Shown piece after piece: positions 22,304-36,236 of a DNA stretch of 64,000 nucleotides. The stretch lies in the NCBI RefSeq assembly GCF_009914755.1, contig NC_060926.1; one strand, given 5' to 3'. Below the pieces are notes generated by a model. It did not search any database, was not told the DNA's origin, and saw only the letters and a list, made by a program, of their open reading frames with translations. Made by a program: the position numbers and the translations under genes. This DNA is from the human T2T-CHM13v2.0 reference genome, Homo sapiens. Position 1 is the first letter of the stretch. Each line of letters opens with the position of its first letter.

Positions 22304-25300
22304 ATCTAATGACATAAAGAAAGTAAAATCCAAGAGTACATACTGTTGCTTCAAGTTTGCCACAATTGGAAACCCAAGCAGAGAAATTCGATCTTACATT
22401 AAATCCAGTAGCTGGAGTGGAGAGGTCACTGGATTCAGAAGCAGAAAACCCAAGTTTGCATCCTAGGTTTATGACTCTAACCGTGTCACCTTGGATAACA
22501 GCTTCTCTGAGTGTCAGTTTCCTCTTCAGTTACAATACCTAATACCTCAAAGGACTTTTAGAAAATTCAGAGTTACATGTGAATGAAAGCCCACTATAAA
22601 CTCTAAATCATCGAAGAGACAAAGTTGTTTCTTACCGCCCTGTCAGGCTCTGACTGCAACCATAGAGAGCTGTACTACTACCCCTGGTGTAAAATTGTAA
22701 TTAATCCTTCCTCATATGTGGGTTAACTTTAATCCTTCAGGGCAGGAATCATTTTTTCCTGGACCTTGTAGTGTTCCATTGAACTGGTAGAGAGTCAAGC
22801 AATAGGAGGTATTTAACAAATCATTTTAGCAAGTGGGTAAGTGGAGGTGTGATATTAAAGGAGGAAATGTAGGTTTGGGAATTAGGTTTTTAGAGGAATA
22901 TTTCAAACCATGAAAGTGCGTGCATTTACCAAGCATGTTCAGAGCCCCTGAAAAAAGGATGGAGTTAAACACAACTTTCGGACAAGCATAGTAAGAATAA
23001 CTAGCCAGCAAAGGAAAAAAATGTAGAAAATAAAATTCACAACGATCAGCATTATAAGAGTCTGAAGAGCATCATCAAATAGTAATACACAACTTCTGCT
23101 CCAAAAGGATCAAAAAACATTTCAATTCGCTATTTCACAGAAATTTCAATCAGAAATGTCTAATAACCTCCACCCACTTATCTAATAACCACACTCTAGC
23201 ACAGAGATAACTCAAGTTCCTCAGGAGAGCTTCAAGATTCAGAAGTTCTTTCTGAATTACCAAAGGATAACAATGTGGTGTCCATTGTAATTTTAATACT
23301 AATTTTGTTGTTCGATTATTGTTAATCCACATATGATAAGTGTTTTTGACCAGAGCATTTGCTTAATCAGAACCTTCTATACTCCATCTAAGTAAAAGAA
23401 GTTTTATTGGGAATGAAAGAAAATTGCACATAAAACCTTTTTTCATAGCCTGTTTCTTAAGGACACAGCAGTCAATCTTGTGACATACCTAGCCAATAAT
23501 CTCCACTGCCTCTCCGAAGCCCACTTCTTTGTGTCTTTTTAACTGACATTTTGGAATTCACCTGAAAACACCAAGAATTTGCCAAGACAAATTTGGCCTG
23601 TGGAGAAGACACCATATTCAACACCAATCTGGAGAAAACAACGTACTCTGCTCTTTTAATTCATTATGATTTTAACATTTATTATCACATCATTATCACA
23701 ATTTGAGGATTATAACTTGTTCTCAGAAAACTGGCCCCTAGGCAATAAAGAGTTAAGACCAGAAAGTTCACTCCCTGTGCCCTTCCTTTTTTCTTATCAC
23801 AACCCCTCCTTCCCTGTGGTTCCACAAAATGAATAATGCCTTAGACATAGTTATGGCAATGCTAATATTTGAACAGTAAAAGATACCTTAAGACCTTCCT
23901 CAAGATTTTTTAAGGACTCATTTAATGTCAGTGTCAAGGTTCTGTGAGGAATAATTAATATAACAAAACAAGGTCTATGTGCCCATCGATTGCCAGGGAA
24001 TTTATGCAGGTAACTCATTAATGCCGGTGGGGGTTCAGCATGTAAATCCCGAAGCCTCGATGAGGAAATGGGACCAAATGATTTTTCCCCCTATAAAAAA
24101 CACAAACAATGACAAGTATAAAAGCAGATAACCTGAATATCTATACAAACAGCTATATGGCTTGTAAAAGTTTTCCATTTACATCCTGTCACCTCTTCTT
24201 TGTGCATGTATAAAAGATGGGACAATTATTTCAACAAACCTACCCATATAAATCAATGCAGTTTTGCTGTGGGAAGACTGGGTGTTTAAGGCATTTAATA
24301 TTTCAGCATTGCCAGATTATCACCAGGATCCATTTCGCATTGTGGTCAAGTGCATGATTAGCACTGTGACAGGGTATTGGCCATTTTCATATGAAGATCT
24401 GCAAATCCTAGTAAACAAATACCAGTTGGAAAAATTAAGAACAAGTCTGTGGACTGGAATGCACCCTACTTGTAATGGGAACAAAAAGCTGGCAATCAAT
24501 TTTAAAGAAAAAGCTAAATCACAGCAGAATGACCTACTTTAAGGCATTTGCCAAAGAGGCAGTGTTTTTAGACAGCTCTTCTAAAGTAGCGTCTTTCTGT
24601 CTATGCCATCTGCAGATTTATTACTCTGCCTGAAAAAAACAACCAAAAAAAAAAGAAAAAAAAAAGCTTTATTTGAATGATACTGAGAGCCTGGTCTATA
24701 GGAAAGATTCCAGTATTGTGGGTACCACACCCACACCTACTGATGTGGTCCAAGGTTTTGCTTTAGAGGCACCTAATTAAGAAACCCTGACTCATTTACA
24801 TGGAGACGTTTGATCTAAATTACACTCCAAACCACACCAAATTGGGAGCATCTGTGAATGTGAAATGTTTGTTCCCTGTGACGGCTAGAACAGGGCCAGC
24901 TCTGGACGGCACATGTTCAAGTGACGAAAAATATTTCACATGTAACGTACTTCTGAGACCCACTTTTCCACTAATAATTCATAGTGAACCTAACCAAGTA
25001 TCTGTACCTCCACAATTATTTCAGGCTGTGAAAAATTATGTCACTATTTTTTTCCTGCTGCAAGAAAGAAGTAGAAGACCACCTACTTTGTTTGCTGTCA
25101 TTGATAAAGGGCCTTAACTGCAGCCAATAGCAAAAGGCAAACCTGGATAGCACAAAGGCTGGTCACTATATAGATATATAAATCTCAGCTTGGGATCCAC
25201 AGACACAGAGCAGTGATCTAAAGGGCTAAGTCTCAGTTACCCCCTCCATCACTGCCCTAACCTCTTCCAGCCTTTCCACTCGGCTTGCTGGTTCTCAGCA

Positions 25301-26257
25301 AAGCTTTGCCTTCCAACTCCACTGAGGCTGTACTTGTATGCAAAAGAGCCAGCCCTTAGGATGAGGTGAGAATATTGATAGGGTAGAGGTAGCATCAACT
25401 GCAATTAGAGGACATGTCATTTCCACTGGGTAAAATGTCTAAGAAAGTAAAAAGAAAACATTTCTGCCATTGGATGTGATGAACAGTACTCAGCCTACAG
25501 TTCACACGAAAGAGTGTTGTATTTCAAGTATAATAAACAGAGTTTTATAGATACAGTCAATCCTGCACTTTGGTACCTGATGGCCGCTTTACCTTATTCG
25601 GCCATATATCACCTATATTTCAGTGGGAGTCCAAGGAAAAAGAAAGAAACTTTTAAAAAAATAACCTCAGGTTCTTTTGTTTAAGAAAGATATTAATGCA
25701 TTTATCTGATGTACTGTTTTTTGCAGTAGCTAGAATGAGATTTGAATATATTAATATTTTCAGCAGCAGAGCCCAGGGACTCCAGTTAATAACTTATGGA
25801 TGGCTACATAGATATACTTTAGACAGAGGTAAGGTTTTCAGCTCTCATGTTGGTAAGGCTCAGACAGATCGAATGAACGGGGCTGTTCTCCATGAGTCTT
25901 TGTTGTGGGCATGCATTGTAATGGTATGGAGACAGAGTTCTTCTGGTTGTCTACACAGCCTGGATTCAATAAACTGTTATATATGCATATTATGACAATG
26001 TGGTCAAGGAAACCAGATTTTTTTTACTCTACCTTCAAATGCCTATGGAGCCTAAATCTGGTGCTTATTTTTCTTGTCCTCATTCAATATGTTAACATAT
26101 TCATAATTTGACACAGGTTACGTTTGTTTTATAATTAAAGTTATGGAGTTAGCTGGAAAAGCATTCAGACTATACTGAATTTTTTAAAAATGTGTATCTT
26201 TTTTCTATATTATACTGCAGTGTTCAATGTGAATCTGAAGTCTGGATAATCCCAGAC

Positions 26258-26680
26258 TGTGTTAGTTTGCTAGGGCAGCCATAACACAATACGACACACC
26301 AGGCGGCTTAAAAAGCAGCCATTTATGTTCTCACACTTCTGGAGGCTGGAAGTCCAAGGTCAAGATATCAGCAGGTTTGTTTTATTCTGAGGTCTCTCCC
26401 CTTGGCTTGCACATGGCCACCTTCTTGCTGTTTTACCCTTCACGTGGTTTTACTTTTGTGCTTTTTTTCCCTGGTGTCTCTCTGCGAGTCTAAATTTCCT
26501 CTTTCTATAAGGACATCAGTCAAATTGGATTAAAATCCACCCTAATGGCCTTATTTTTAACTTAATGACCTTTTTAAAGGCCCAGTCTCCAAATGCAGTC
26601 ACATTCTGAGCTAACGGTAGCTGGTGCCTTATCATATAAATTGGGGTGGGGTTAGGTGGGATAACTCAGCCCATATCACA
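26258..26680 (-). mobile_element. MLT1A/B-like solo LTR
   Basis: 'tgtgttagtttgctagggcagccataac...ttctggaggctggaagtccaagg...gtcacattctgag...ctcagcccatatcaca'. Confidence 0.85.
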
Positions 26681-29600
26681 CACAAAGGGTATATTCACAT
26701 CCAAGCTGTTGACATGCCCCGTACCAATGATGTATTTATTTGAGCCCCAAACTAAAACCTAAATTAATATTTGTAAGTCTGGAGTATTCTTCTAGTATGA
26801 TTTTTCAGTCACATCCTCTATGGGAATGAAACAATGATGACTTTGTAAGGTTTAGGGGAACAAGCAGCAGCATGACTCTTCTCATACCTTCTTGCTAGAC
26901 TGGAAGGAAGCAGTTCCTGTGTACAGTAAGTGTTACCACAGTGCCCGACCGAGCCCCACCCCGCCTTCAGGGACCCCGGTCTAGAGGCATAAGTGCCTCC
27001 CTCTCCATTACTGCCGCCCTCCATTAGGAGCAGATAATGCGTGAGCTACCACTCTCACAATAAAACATTGCACTTACACCACACCTTTCAACTCAGCATT
27101 TCCAAATGCTTGAAAAATCATTATTATTTTTATTATTTATTTGTGGAATCCCAGCAGTCTACTCAGCACTGGGAAGTGCAGTGAAAGCCACAGAGCTATG
27201 GTCTCAGTTACGCAGACTTAAACCGACACTCAAGTTTCCTCCGCGATGTACCAGTAAAAAGTCTGAAGGTGGACGTTTTTGCATGTGCATGCATAGCAAG
27301 AAAAAAAGTGAAAAGGCAATTTAGGTCTGAGTTACCCCTGCGGCTCACATACCTGAGAAAAGAGCCATTTGTTAGTATTGTTCTGATAAATGAAGGACCC
27401 AAGCAAGAACAAAGCAAGAAAGCAAACACAGTTTTAGACCCTACAGCTCAGAAAATGGAAATGCATTTCCCTAATCAAGGGCATCTACAATAACACTTTT
27501 AAAAGGATTATTAAGCAATGCAGGAAGTAGAAATCAATCAGGCTCTGCTTGTTGTTCACTGGTCATTATTTCCTGGGTCAAATCTGCTTGACATTCAATT
27601 TAATACAGTCTTTCATCAAGTCAAAAGGCCTTAGAGAGAAACTTTCACTGGCCACCCACATTTTCAGCAGGGCTGTTGCCTGGTCCGATTCACTTTTGTT
27701 TTCCAAGTCTTTACCATCATTGCATATTACGCCTACTTCTATTGAAACAGCTACTGCTTTTGATGATTTCCACAGTGGTGAACATATATTGTTCATCCCT
27801 GTAATGCTAGAAGCTGGTCCAGTGCTTGGCATGTAGTAGGTGCTCAATAAATATGAGATCTGTGAAAAACAAATTTTCACCTTACAAAGGCATTCTCAAA
27901 ATGAATTTGACACATCCTGCTCTCTCTACAAAGTTACAAGCTAAGATAGATCACAGCAAAGCAGAGATATTGCAGACACAGATTGAAAACCAAGTGAAAT
28001 AATGATTTAGATTGCCTTAAATCAAAGTGACTAAATGCATTTTTAGAAAGTACATGTTGAAAGTTATCTTGACTAGTCTTCCATTTAGCCAGGAAGTTTT
28101 CTGGAAGAAGTATAAGTTTAGGGATTTTTTGTGAGGTGAGAGGGAGAAATCATAAATAAGTATGTGTTCTAGAAAGTGGGGTAAGACCACAGAGGAGTCC
28201 TAAAGGTATTAATAGAGGTCAGGAATTGGACTTTAGAAAAACAGAAGAGGCAAGGAATTGAGAACAGAGGAAAATCAGATTACTTGGAGTGTTCTAATGA
28301 ATGGCTTTCAAAGAAGATAAAGACCACCATATATAGAAAGCTACTTTGAAGATATAAAAGGGTTTGTTAGTAACATGACTGGGCATATACTAGAGTAGAA
28401 ATTCCAAAATAAGAGCTGCCACAACGCAGCCAAAGTGAGAAGATATTTCTCTGGTCACCTGTGCTTGGTGCCAGCCACCATCCTCTACTGTTCTTCATTG
28501 TCCCTAGAGCTGGAGGCTTAGAAAGGCCTAGACACACACTGTAATCGTATGTCTCTTTCAGTTTGCTGGAGAGTGACTCACAAAAGGGTGTTTCCCGTGC
28601 TGACACAAAAGTATGCAATATTTCTTTGTCTTTCAAACTGGTAATTCATAAAGACTGTATACTATTCCGTATTGGACAATGTTGAGGCTTAAATATCCTA
28701 AGCCCCTTATAAGAAGGATGCTGCAAACATGAGAATAAGGGGTGTCTTCTGAAAATGAGTGAACTAAGCCACTTAGGAAGTTGCTGGCCTCATCTCGAAA
28801 CCCACCAAATAACAGCAGTACAGCTAGAAATAGAGTTCAAAAGTCAAAAGTGCCTGGCTGCCCTAAAATTTTCTCATTGCATGACTTGGTTCAAGGGGCT
28901 TCATTATATTTTGTATTTAGATTTCACACGTTTATATTCCACAGTGCAGTGTCTCTTTAAAAATGTAACTGTTGAGTCTAAAAATCAGGAAGTAGTAAAG
29001 TGGCTTCCAGATACATATAGAAGGTTTTTGTTTGGGTGGTGTGTGGGAAGGGGTTGGTTTTGTTTTTAATTTTGTGCAATTTCAGTCCAGTCAACACCTA
29101 GAGCACTCCTTTAAAAAAAAAAAAAAAAAAAAAAAAAAGGGAAAAAGGCTTTTTTTTTTTTTTTTTAATGATTCAGTGTGCACAGAATTTATTGCAGACA
29201 TCTGGGAGTTTAACCAGAGACATCCAAGAGGCCAGTAGAAGTGGAGCAGCAATAGAGAGTAATAGTTGACTTTTATCCTCATTTTTAAGAGGGAAATGGT
29301 CTATTGGTTTTAGAGGTGAAACGCTAGAAAGGAAACTGCTCAATCCTCTCATTTCAAAGATGAGCAAACTTGGGACTTTCCCAAGTCATCTAGCCACTTT
29401 GCATGTTCTATAACCCAAATTTACTTTAAATTGTGGAAAGAAAATGGAAATAAACTACCTTGAAGGCATTTGAGCTCCAACTGACTAATTATTCTAGGTC
29501 GTTAAATACAGTTAGAGTTGTTAGATTTTCTGGTTTCCAATGGGGGTAATTCCATCACAGAGATTCCTTTTCTATCAAATTGTTGGTGCTTCATTTTCTT

Positions 29601-32600
29601 AGCTCTGCCTGGTGGTCTCTATTACCTCCATATAAGAAGGCTTTTCTTTTCCACCAAATGAATGAATTTTCTCATCAATTCCAGTCATGCCTCATACATC
29701 TCCCTCTCTAGGACTTTCTCCACACTCGTCCCTCCAGTTCAGGTTCCTCTGTGCGCTCTCTGCCTATCCCAGATTCTACCACTTCTTCAAAGGACCTGGC
29801 TCAATATCCTGCTCTTTTAGATCTGCTATTCAGAGATCTGGTCCTAACTGCAGAGACTTTTCCATACTTTGAATTCATAGCCTTTCTTATGAATAGCTGT
29901 AGAGGTGAATTTGATGCTTGCATATAGCATAGTGAATTTAGGGCAAAGGCTATGCTTATTATTTTTTGATTCTTGCAGAATAGCACGAATAGACACAACT
30001 TATTGAATACTAACCATATGTCCCATATCTTGCTGAAAAATTTTAAATACATGTTCTCAATTCAACAACCATGTAAAGTCATTATTATCCTCAATTTATG
30101 GAAGCAAAATCTAGCATCCAGAGAGAAGGTGTTATTTTCCTAGATCAACCAACTAAAAGTGATGGGGTCAGTATTTAAAATGCAAGTATGTCTGAATCCA
30201 GAGCCCCTGTGGCCAGCTTCTATGCAAAATTGCCTTCCTTCTCAGAGTTACTTGCACATAAAAATCACTAAATATTTGTGAATTAGACAGATGAATGAAT
30301 GAATGATTTGGAACCTGTTCCTTTCACCAATTTGACTTGCAAAAGGGAAAATAATAAGAAATTCTGAATCTTGTTGCCTCTGGACAGATGTGGTCAGTTA
30401 GCACAAGCAAAGCAGAAATGTTCTCACAAGTTAACAGTAAAAATCACTGGACACCTACATGGAGGTAAAATGACTCACAGGGAATGAAGCAAGCCTGGAA
30501 TAAAATTTGGCCCAAATCCAACAAGCATTTGGAACCTCATAGCATGCATTTGGAATACTACCTTCATCCCTTATTTTTTCTTCACCTTTATTGTCTTAGT
30601 CATTTTAAGTATATTTTAACTTTTTTATATTGAATGCATTTTTAAAATGCAGTATATTCTTTGTGGAAGTATTAATCAGGTTAATATGAAATAAAATAAG
30701 ATTGATGCTCATATTTACAAAGTAAGTTCAGAAACGTTTACTGACAGGGTAGAAGTAGGTAGCTCACAACCTCACATTTAATTTTAGCCAAGCATAGAAC
30801 TATAACTGTGAAGCTGTATTTCAGGGAAGATCTAAAATGTATGGATTTCCAGGAGGTGTTTAAATAATACAGGTTGTCAGTATTAAAATCAGAAGTGTTT
30901 AAAGGCCAATGGAAAACATATGAGATTTTCATAGAATTAAAAAAAAAAACTCACTAAACAGTACACATAGCTCCTGGTTTGAAAATGATTTTATCTTTAA
31001 ATACCCCATAAGGTTTGCAAACTTTAAAAAACAGAGATGAGGGTTGACTAAAAGACATGGTTTTCTTGAAGTTTCTTGGTAAAGTAATATCAAGATAATA
31101 AGGAAACCCTCCTTCCCCATTTTTGTTTTTGGGTTTTTTTTTTTTTTTTTTTTGAGCACACCAGATGGCATTTCTCTCTGTTGCCATCACTGACACACAA
31201 TTATGTTTTCTAATAGAGAGGGAGGCTGGGAGCCACTGATCTACCCCAGTCATGTCACATGAATATCTCCACTTTCATAAAGAAAGTCTTTGTCCAGGAT
31301 TTCTCCAGTGGTGGTAAAGGAGCAGTAATGTTGAGGCAACTCTCAGTTCATGGGAACAAACTTAGGTCAATGGATGAGCCATGGTCAGGAGGTCAGTTGG
31401 GAGAAGAGAAAGAGTACTTATTATCAAATCGTCATTGTGCCCTCTGCTCCATCAGCGAGCATCATTGTCTAAGACAAGTTCTCAAGGACCTCTGAAGAAT
31501 CTGAGTTGAGCCCTTTCTAGGAATGCTGAAAAGGATGGAGATCTGATTCATTTTAACGGCAGGCATGTGTGTGACCAAATAAATCAGATCCCTGAAGAGT
31601 CTTTTTCCAGATGCATATGTAGCATTTGTACTTCATCTGAGCCCATTTTGGAGAGTGAAGGCCCTTCAAAAGTAAAATAATCTGTGTGGATTGAGGATTT
31701 GGTACCCAAGAACCCAGACTTCAATTCCCAGTTACATCCATCAACTGTGCCTTCAGTTACTGATTTCATCTCTAAGCTAGAAAAATAAAAACTGTCCCAA
31801 CTTCGTTTTTCAGAAAATACAGTAGCAAGTTTAACAAACTTATTTCCCAACTCGTGTTGTAAGACAAGCTACCATACATTTTCAGTCAGAAGCTATAATT
31901 TATTCAGAGATTAAAAGAATTCATTTGCATTTCTTCATTTGCTTAGTCTATGAGATTATGAGGAATTTTTCTCTGTTTCAGGACATTGACCCCTACCTAA
32001 TAAGATAAAAAAGTGTGTGTTTTGGGGAGGACTTGGGGGAATATGTACAATACCTAAGATGGAATTTCTAGAGTCTTTAAAATCTTTAAGTCCATAATCT
32101 ATAATATCTACAAAATTTTCTTAAAAAATTATTTAAGAAATTTCTTATCTACATTTTTTACTGAAAAACTACTTCTGCAAAAAATTTGTTTTAAGAAATT
32201 TCTCTTTTATCTAAATTTGTTTTATAAAAATCTTAACTATAACCCTGCCCCCATTCATGTTAATATTTGATCTTGATCTTTTTGTGAAGCATCCAGTCTA
32301 GTCTAGCAGGTGAGGGCCTTCCCTACCTTGGTTTAGATGTGCATGAATGCTAAGTTCTCCCTTCGAACAGTCACGGTCCTTTTCTCATCAGAGATAGCCA
32401 GGGGCAGCAGCAAAGGGTGAATGAGATCCATCATGAAATGTCCAGTGTCAATGTGCTCTCCCAATTTACTTACTGACCTTCAGCTTGCAGCCACACTCCT
32501 GACCCTCATGAGATGGAGCCTAAGGGGGAAATGGCACTGAGGACCAATTCCTGTGTCCTGTTGGTCTGTGGTCTCAATTAAGTGCTAATTAATTACCACT

Positions 32601-33469
32601 GGCATCTTTGGCATCGCTTGTCAAATTGCATTTAGGAGTATATTTTCACTGTTTAAACATCAGTAGTCCAAAACCCACGCTAAAAATCCCATGTTCTCAT
32701 AAATCCCCCTTTGTTCCCTCGTAAAAAATTGTGTTTTAAAAATTCAACAAATACATCTATAGCCACTGCAGGTAGCTTTCAAATACAAGAAACAGGAATT
32801 GGTATTGTCGATTTTGATTAATTGTACTTCATTAATAAACATCCTGTTATTCTGTCTCCACCTGCAGTTGCTGATGTTGCCTGGAATCAATTAACTCATA
32901 TAATTTGATTTATTTTACAAAGACATTTTGGGATGTGCTGCGCTGATGATAAAGGTCCTATTTTAGCAGTTCTTGATTGCAAGTTAGATTGTACCTGAAT
33001 GGATTTCTGTTTCTACATGGATATGTATACATGAGTGTGTGATTTGCAAGTGAGTAGGAAGAAAATACTCCTTGAAGAAGTCTTGAATTAAAGAATTCAT
33101 TTTAAACATGGTGGGGGGTATTCCTCCTGAATATTCTGACTTTATCTGAAGACTCCTAAGAAATACAGATCCTGAAATGTCGTGTCCTCTCTCTTAATCA
33201 AGACCTTTTATTTAGCAGATTAGCAAATATTCCTTCAAATTAAAAAACGAAATAGTAGTACTAAGCACCAAAGTTAAAACACCCACTAGAACTATGATTT
33301 TAGAGACAGATATTCGATTCAGCTTCATGTATAATTTACTTTGCTTTGTTTTAAACGTAATTTCTTTTTCTCTCCTAAATATTTATAAGCCATGGTTTCT
33401 GGATCAATCTATTTGATACCATTATTTACTATGTGAAAACCTATCTTAGGCTTCCATAGGTATCTAAGA

Positions 33470-33990
33470 AATGCTAAGTTTAGTGCAAGTGACAAAAGCC
33501 CAACTCAAACAGTTTAGACAAAAAAGAGAATTTGCTGGATCACATAACTGAAAATTCCACAATCAGACGTGACTTTGGGCGTGACTAGATTCAATTGCCA
33601 AAGGGTATTGCATAGAATTTGTTTCTTTCCATTTCTAAACTCTGCTTGCCTCTGGGTTAGCTTTGACTTAAAAATCTTTCTCCCTGGTAGCAAGATGGCA
33701 ACACCAGAATTGTATCGTATCAGCTTAGCGTACTCAGGGGCAAGTAAGCTTCTCTCTCACTGTGTGAAAAGAAAATTCTCAAAAAATTATTCTTCTTGTC
33801 CTGGATTGAGCCCCTTATTATTTGTTCGTTCCTGATCCATTCTCTATGGCAGAGGACTGCATGGCTCTCATTAGTCAGGCTTGAGACACAGGCCCACTCA
33901 ACCACACAGACTAGAAGTGAGGGAGAAGCAGTTTTCCCCAAAGATGGTCTTAGCAAGAAGAAGAAGAATGACTAGAAGTCAAAAAAAAAT
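33470..33990. mobile_element. Old MLT1 (K/L-like) solo LTR
   Basis: 'tgcaagtgacaaaagcccaactcaaac...gaatttgctggatcacataactgaaaa...caagatggc...gcagttttccccaaag'. Confidence 0.6.
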
Positions 33991-34320
33991 CCACTTATCC
34001 ACAGTAGTAAAGTATAACTACAATATTTTTTGTCCAACAAAACTATCCTGTCTCTGCAACAATATTTCAATCAATAGACATAAATGAAGGCTAACTCACA
34101 TTAAGGAGCGCTGGTGCCTATAATTAGAAAAGGTTGCCTATCCCTCATTCTCATTTGCTACTACTAAATTGACAAGGCTTATGAAGAATATCAAAGTACT
34201 ATCCATCCATCTGTGCATTTCTTCATCCATGTAACACTCATGAGCACATGTGATGAGACAGGCACTAAACTGGGCACTGGGACTACAAGAATAAGTAAGC
34301 CAGGTCCTTAACCTATATGT

Positions 34321-34990
<670 letters not shown>

Positions 34991-35943
34991 GATAGCTGGA
35001 AGCTATTGTCATATGAAATAGAATGAAGGACTAGATCTAAAAGAAAGCAACATTTCAAAACCCAACCAACATCTATCATGATAAATTTGGAAAAGGCCTT
35101 GAGAGTTCACCCAGATCTATCCCTACCCTCAGAGAAAACACTTTAGTAATTTTAGACATAATAGAATATTTTTCTCTCCAAAGAAAGTGTTTGCAAAGCA
35201 ACTCTCTTCCTTTTGTGCTCATATTTCATCAGTTTACATAATATTTAATTAAATTACATAATTACAATAATAAGTACAACTGGCATAAACTTGTTTGGGA
35301 CTCTCTCCTGGGACTTTCCTCTAGTGGGAACAGATGAGCGCAGTTGAGAGTCATTAACTAGCCGGGAACATTGAATATGTTGTGGGCATTGGTCAATATG
35401 TTTTACGGAGGAGATAGAGAGCTGATTAAGTGGGAGTCAGCCAAGAGAGTTTCTACTGCATTGCAGCAGTCTCCTGCATTCTCTTCATTTACATGAATGC
35501 TCCTGGTTCTTAAAACTTTGTCTCACATTTGACCTATTTATGCATTTTCTAAACATCCTTCAGTAGCTGATATGCAGAAAGCTTTATTACTAGAATTGTA
35601 AACATGCCTTATAGAATTGTTTTGTTATTCTATAGTCATAACCATGTATTGGGCAGAGAAAGCAATGTAAACTGAAAATGTAGAACATGAGGATGAATGC
35701 TGGGCACTGCCCTTTGTACATTTCTTCTGCCAGTCATAAACAATAGGTTTTAAATTCATTCCTAAGAAGAAAATGATAGAAACATGTCTCGCACGTGAAA
35801 ATGATACTATCAATTGAGTAGAACCAAAAAGATTCGAACATGCTTATTTAATGTCCTCTGGCTTTCTGACTGGCCAAATGCATGAACATAAGGAACCATT
35901 CTTCCCATCCCTAATGGTAATCTCATGAAAACTTTTGAAACCT

Positions 35944-35950
35944 ATTTATT

Positions 35951-35981
<31 letters not shown>

Positions 35982-36236
35982 TTTTTTGAGATGGAGTTTT
36001 CACTCTTGTTGCCCAGGCTGGAGTGCAATGGCACGATCTCGGCTCACTGCAAGCTCCGCCTCCTGGGTTCAAGTGATTCTCCTGCCTCAGCCTTCTGAGT
36101 AGCTGGAATTACAGGCATGCGCCACCACACCCGGCTAAATTTTTGTATTTTTAATAGAGCCGGGGTTTCACCATGCCGGTCAGGTTGGTCTCAAACTCCT
36201 GACCTCAGGTGATCTGCCCATCTCAGCCTCCCAAAG
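35944..36236 (-). mobile_element. AluS, 5'-truncated, with (TTTA)n tail
   Basis: (ATTT)n followed by reverse Alu body; TSD ttgaaacct at 35935-35943 and 36237-36245. Confidence 0.93.

Noticed and set aside
32100-32230. AT-rich direct and inverted repeats of 'tttaagaaatttct'
   Set aside because: Low-complexity sequence in which such matches are expected by chance.
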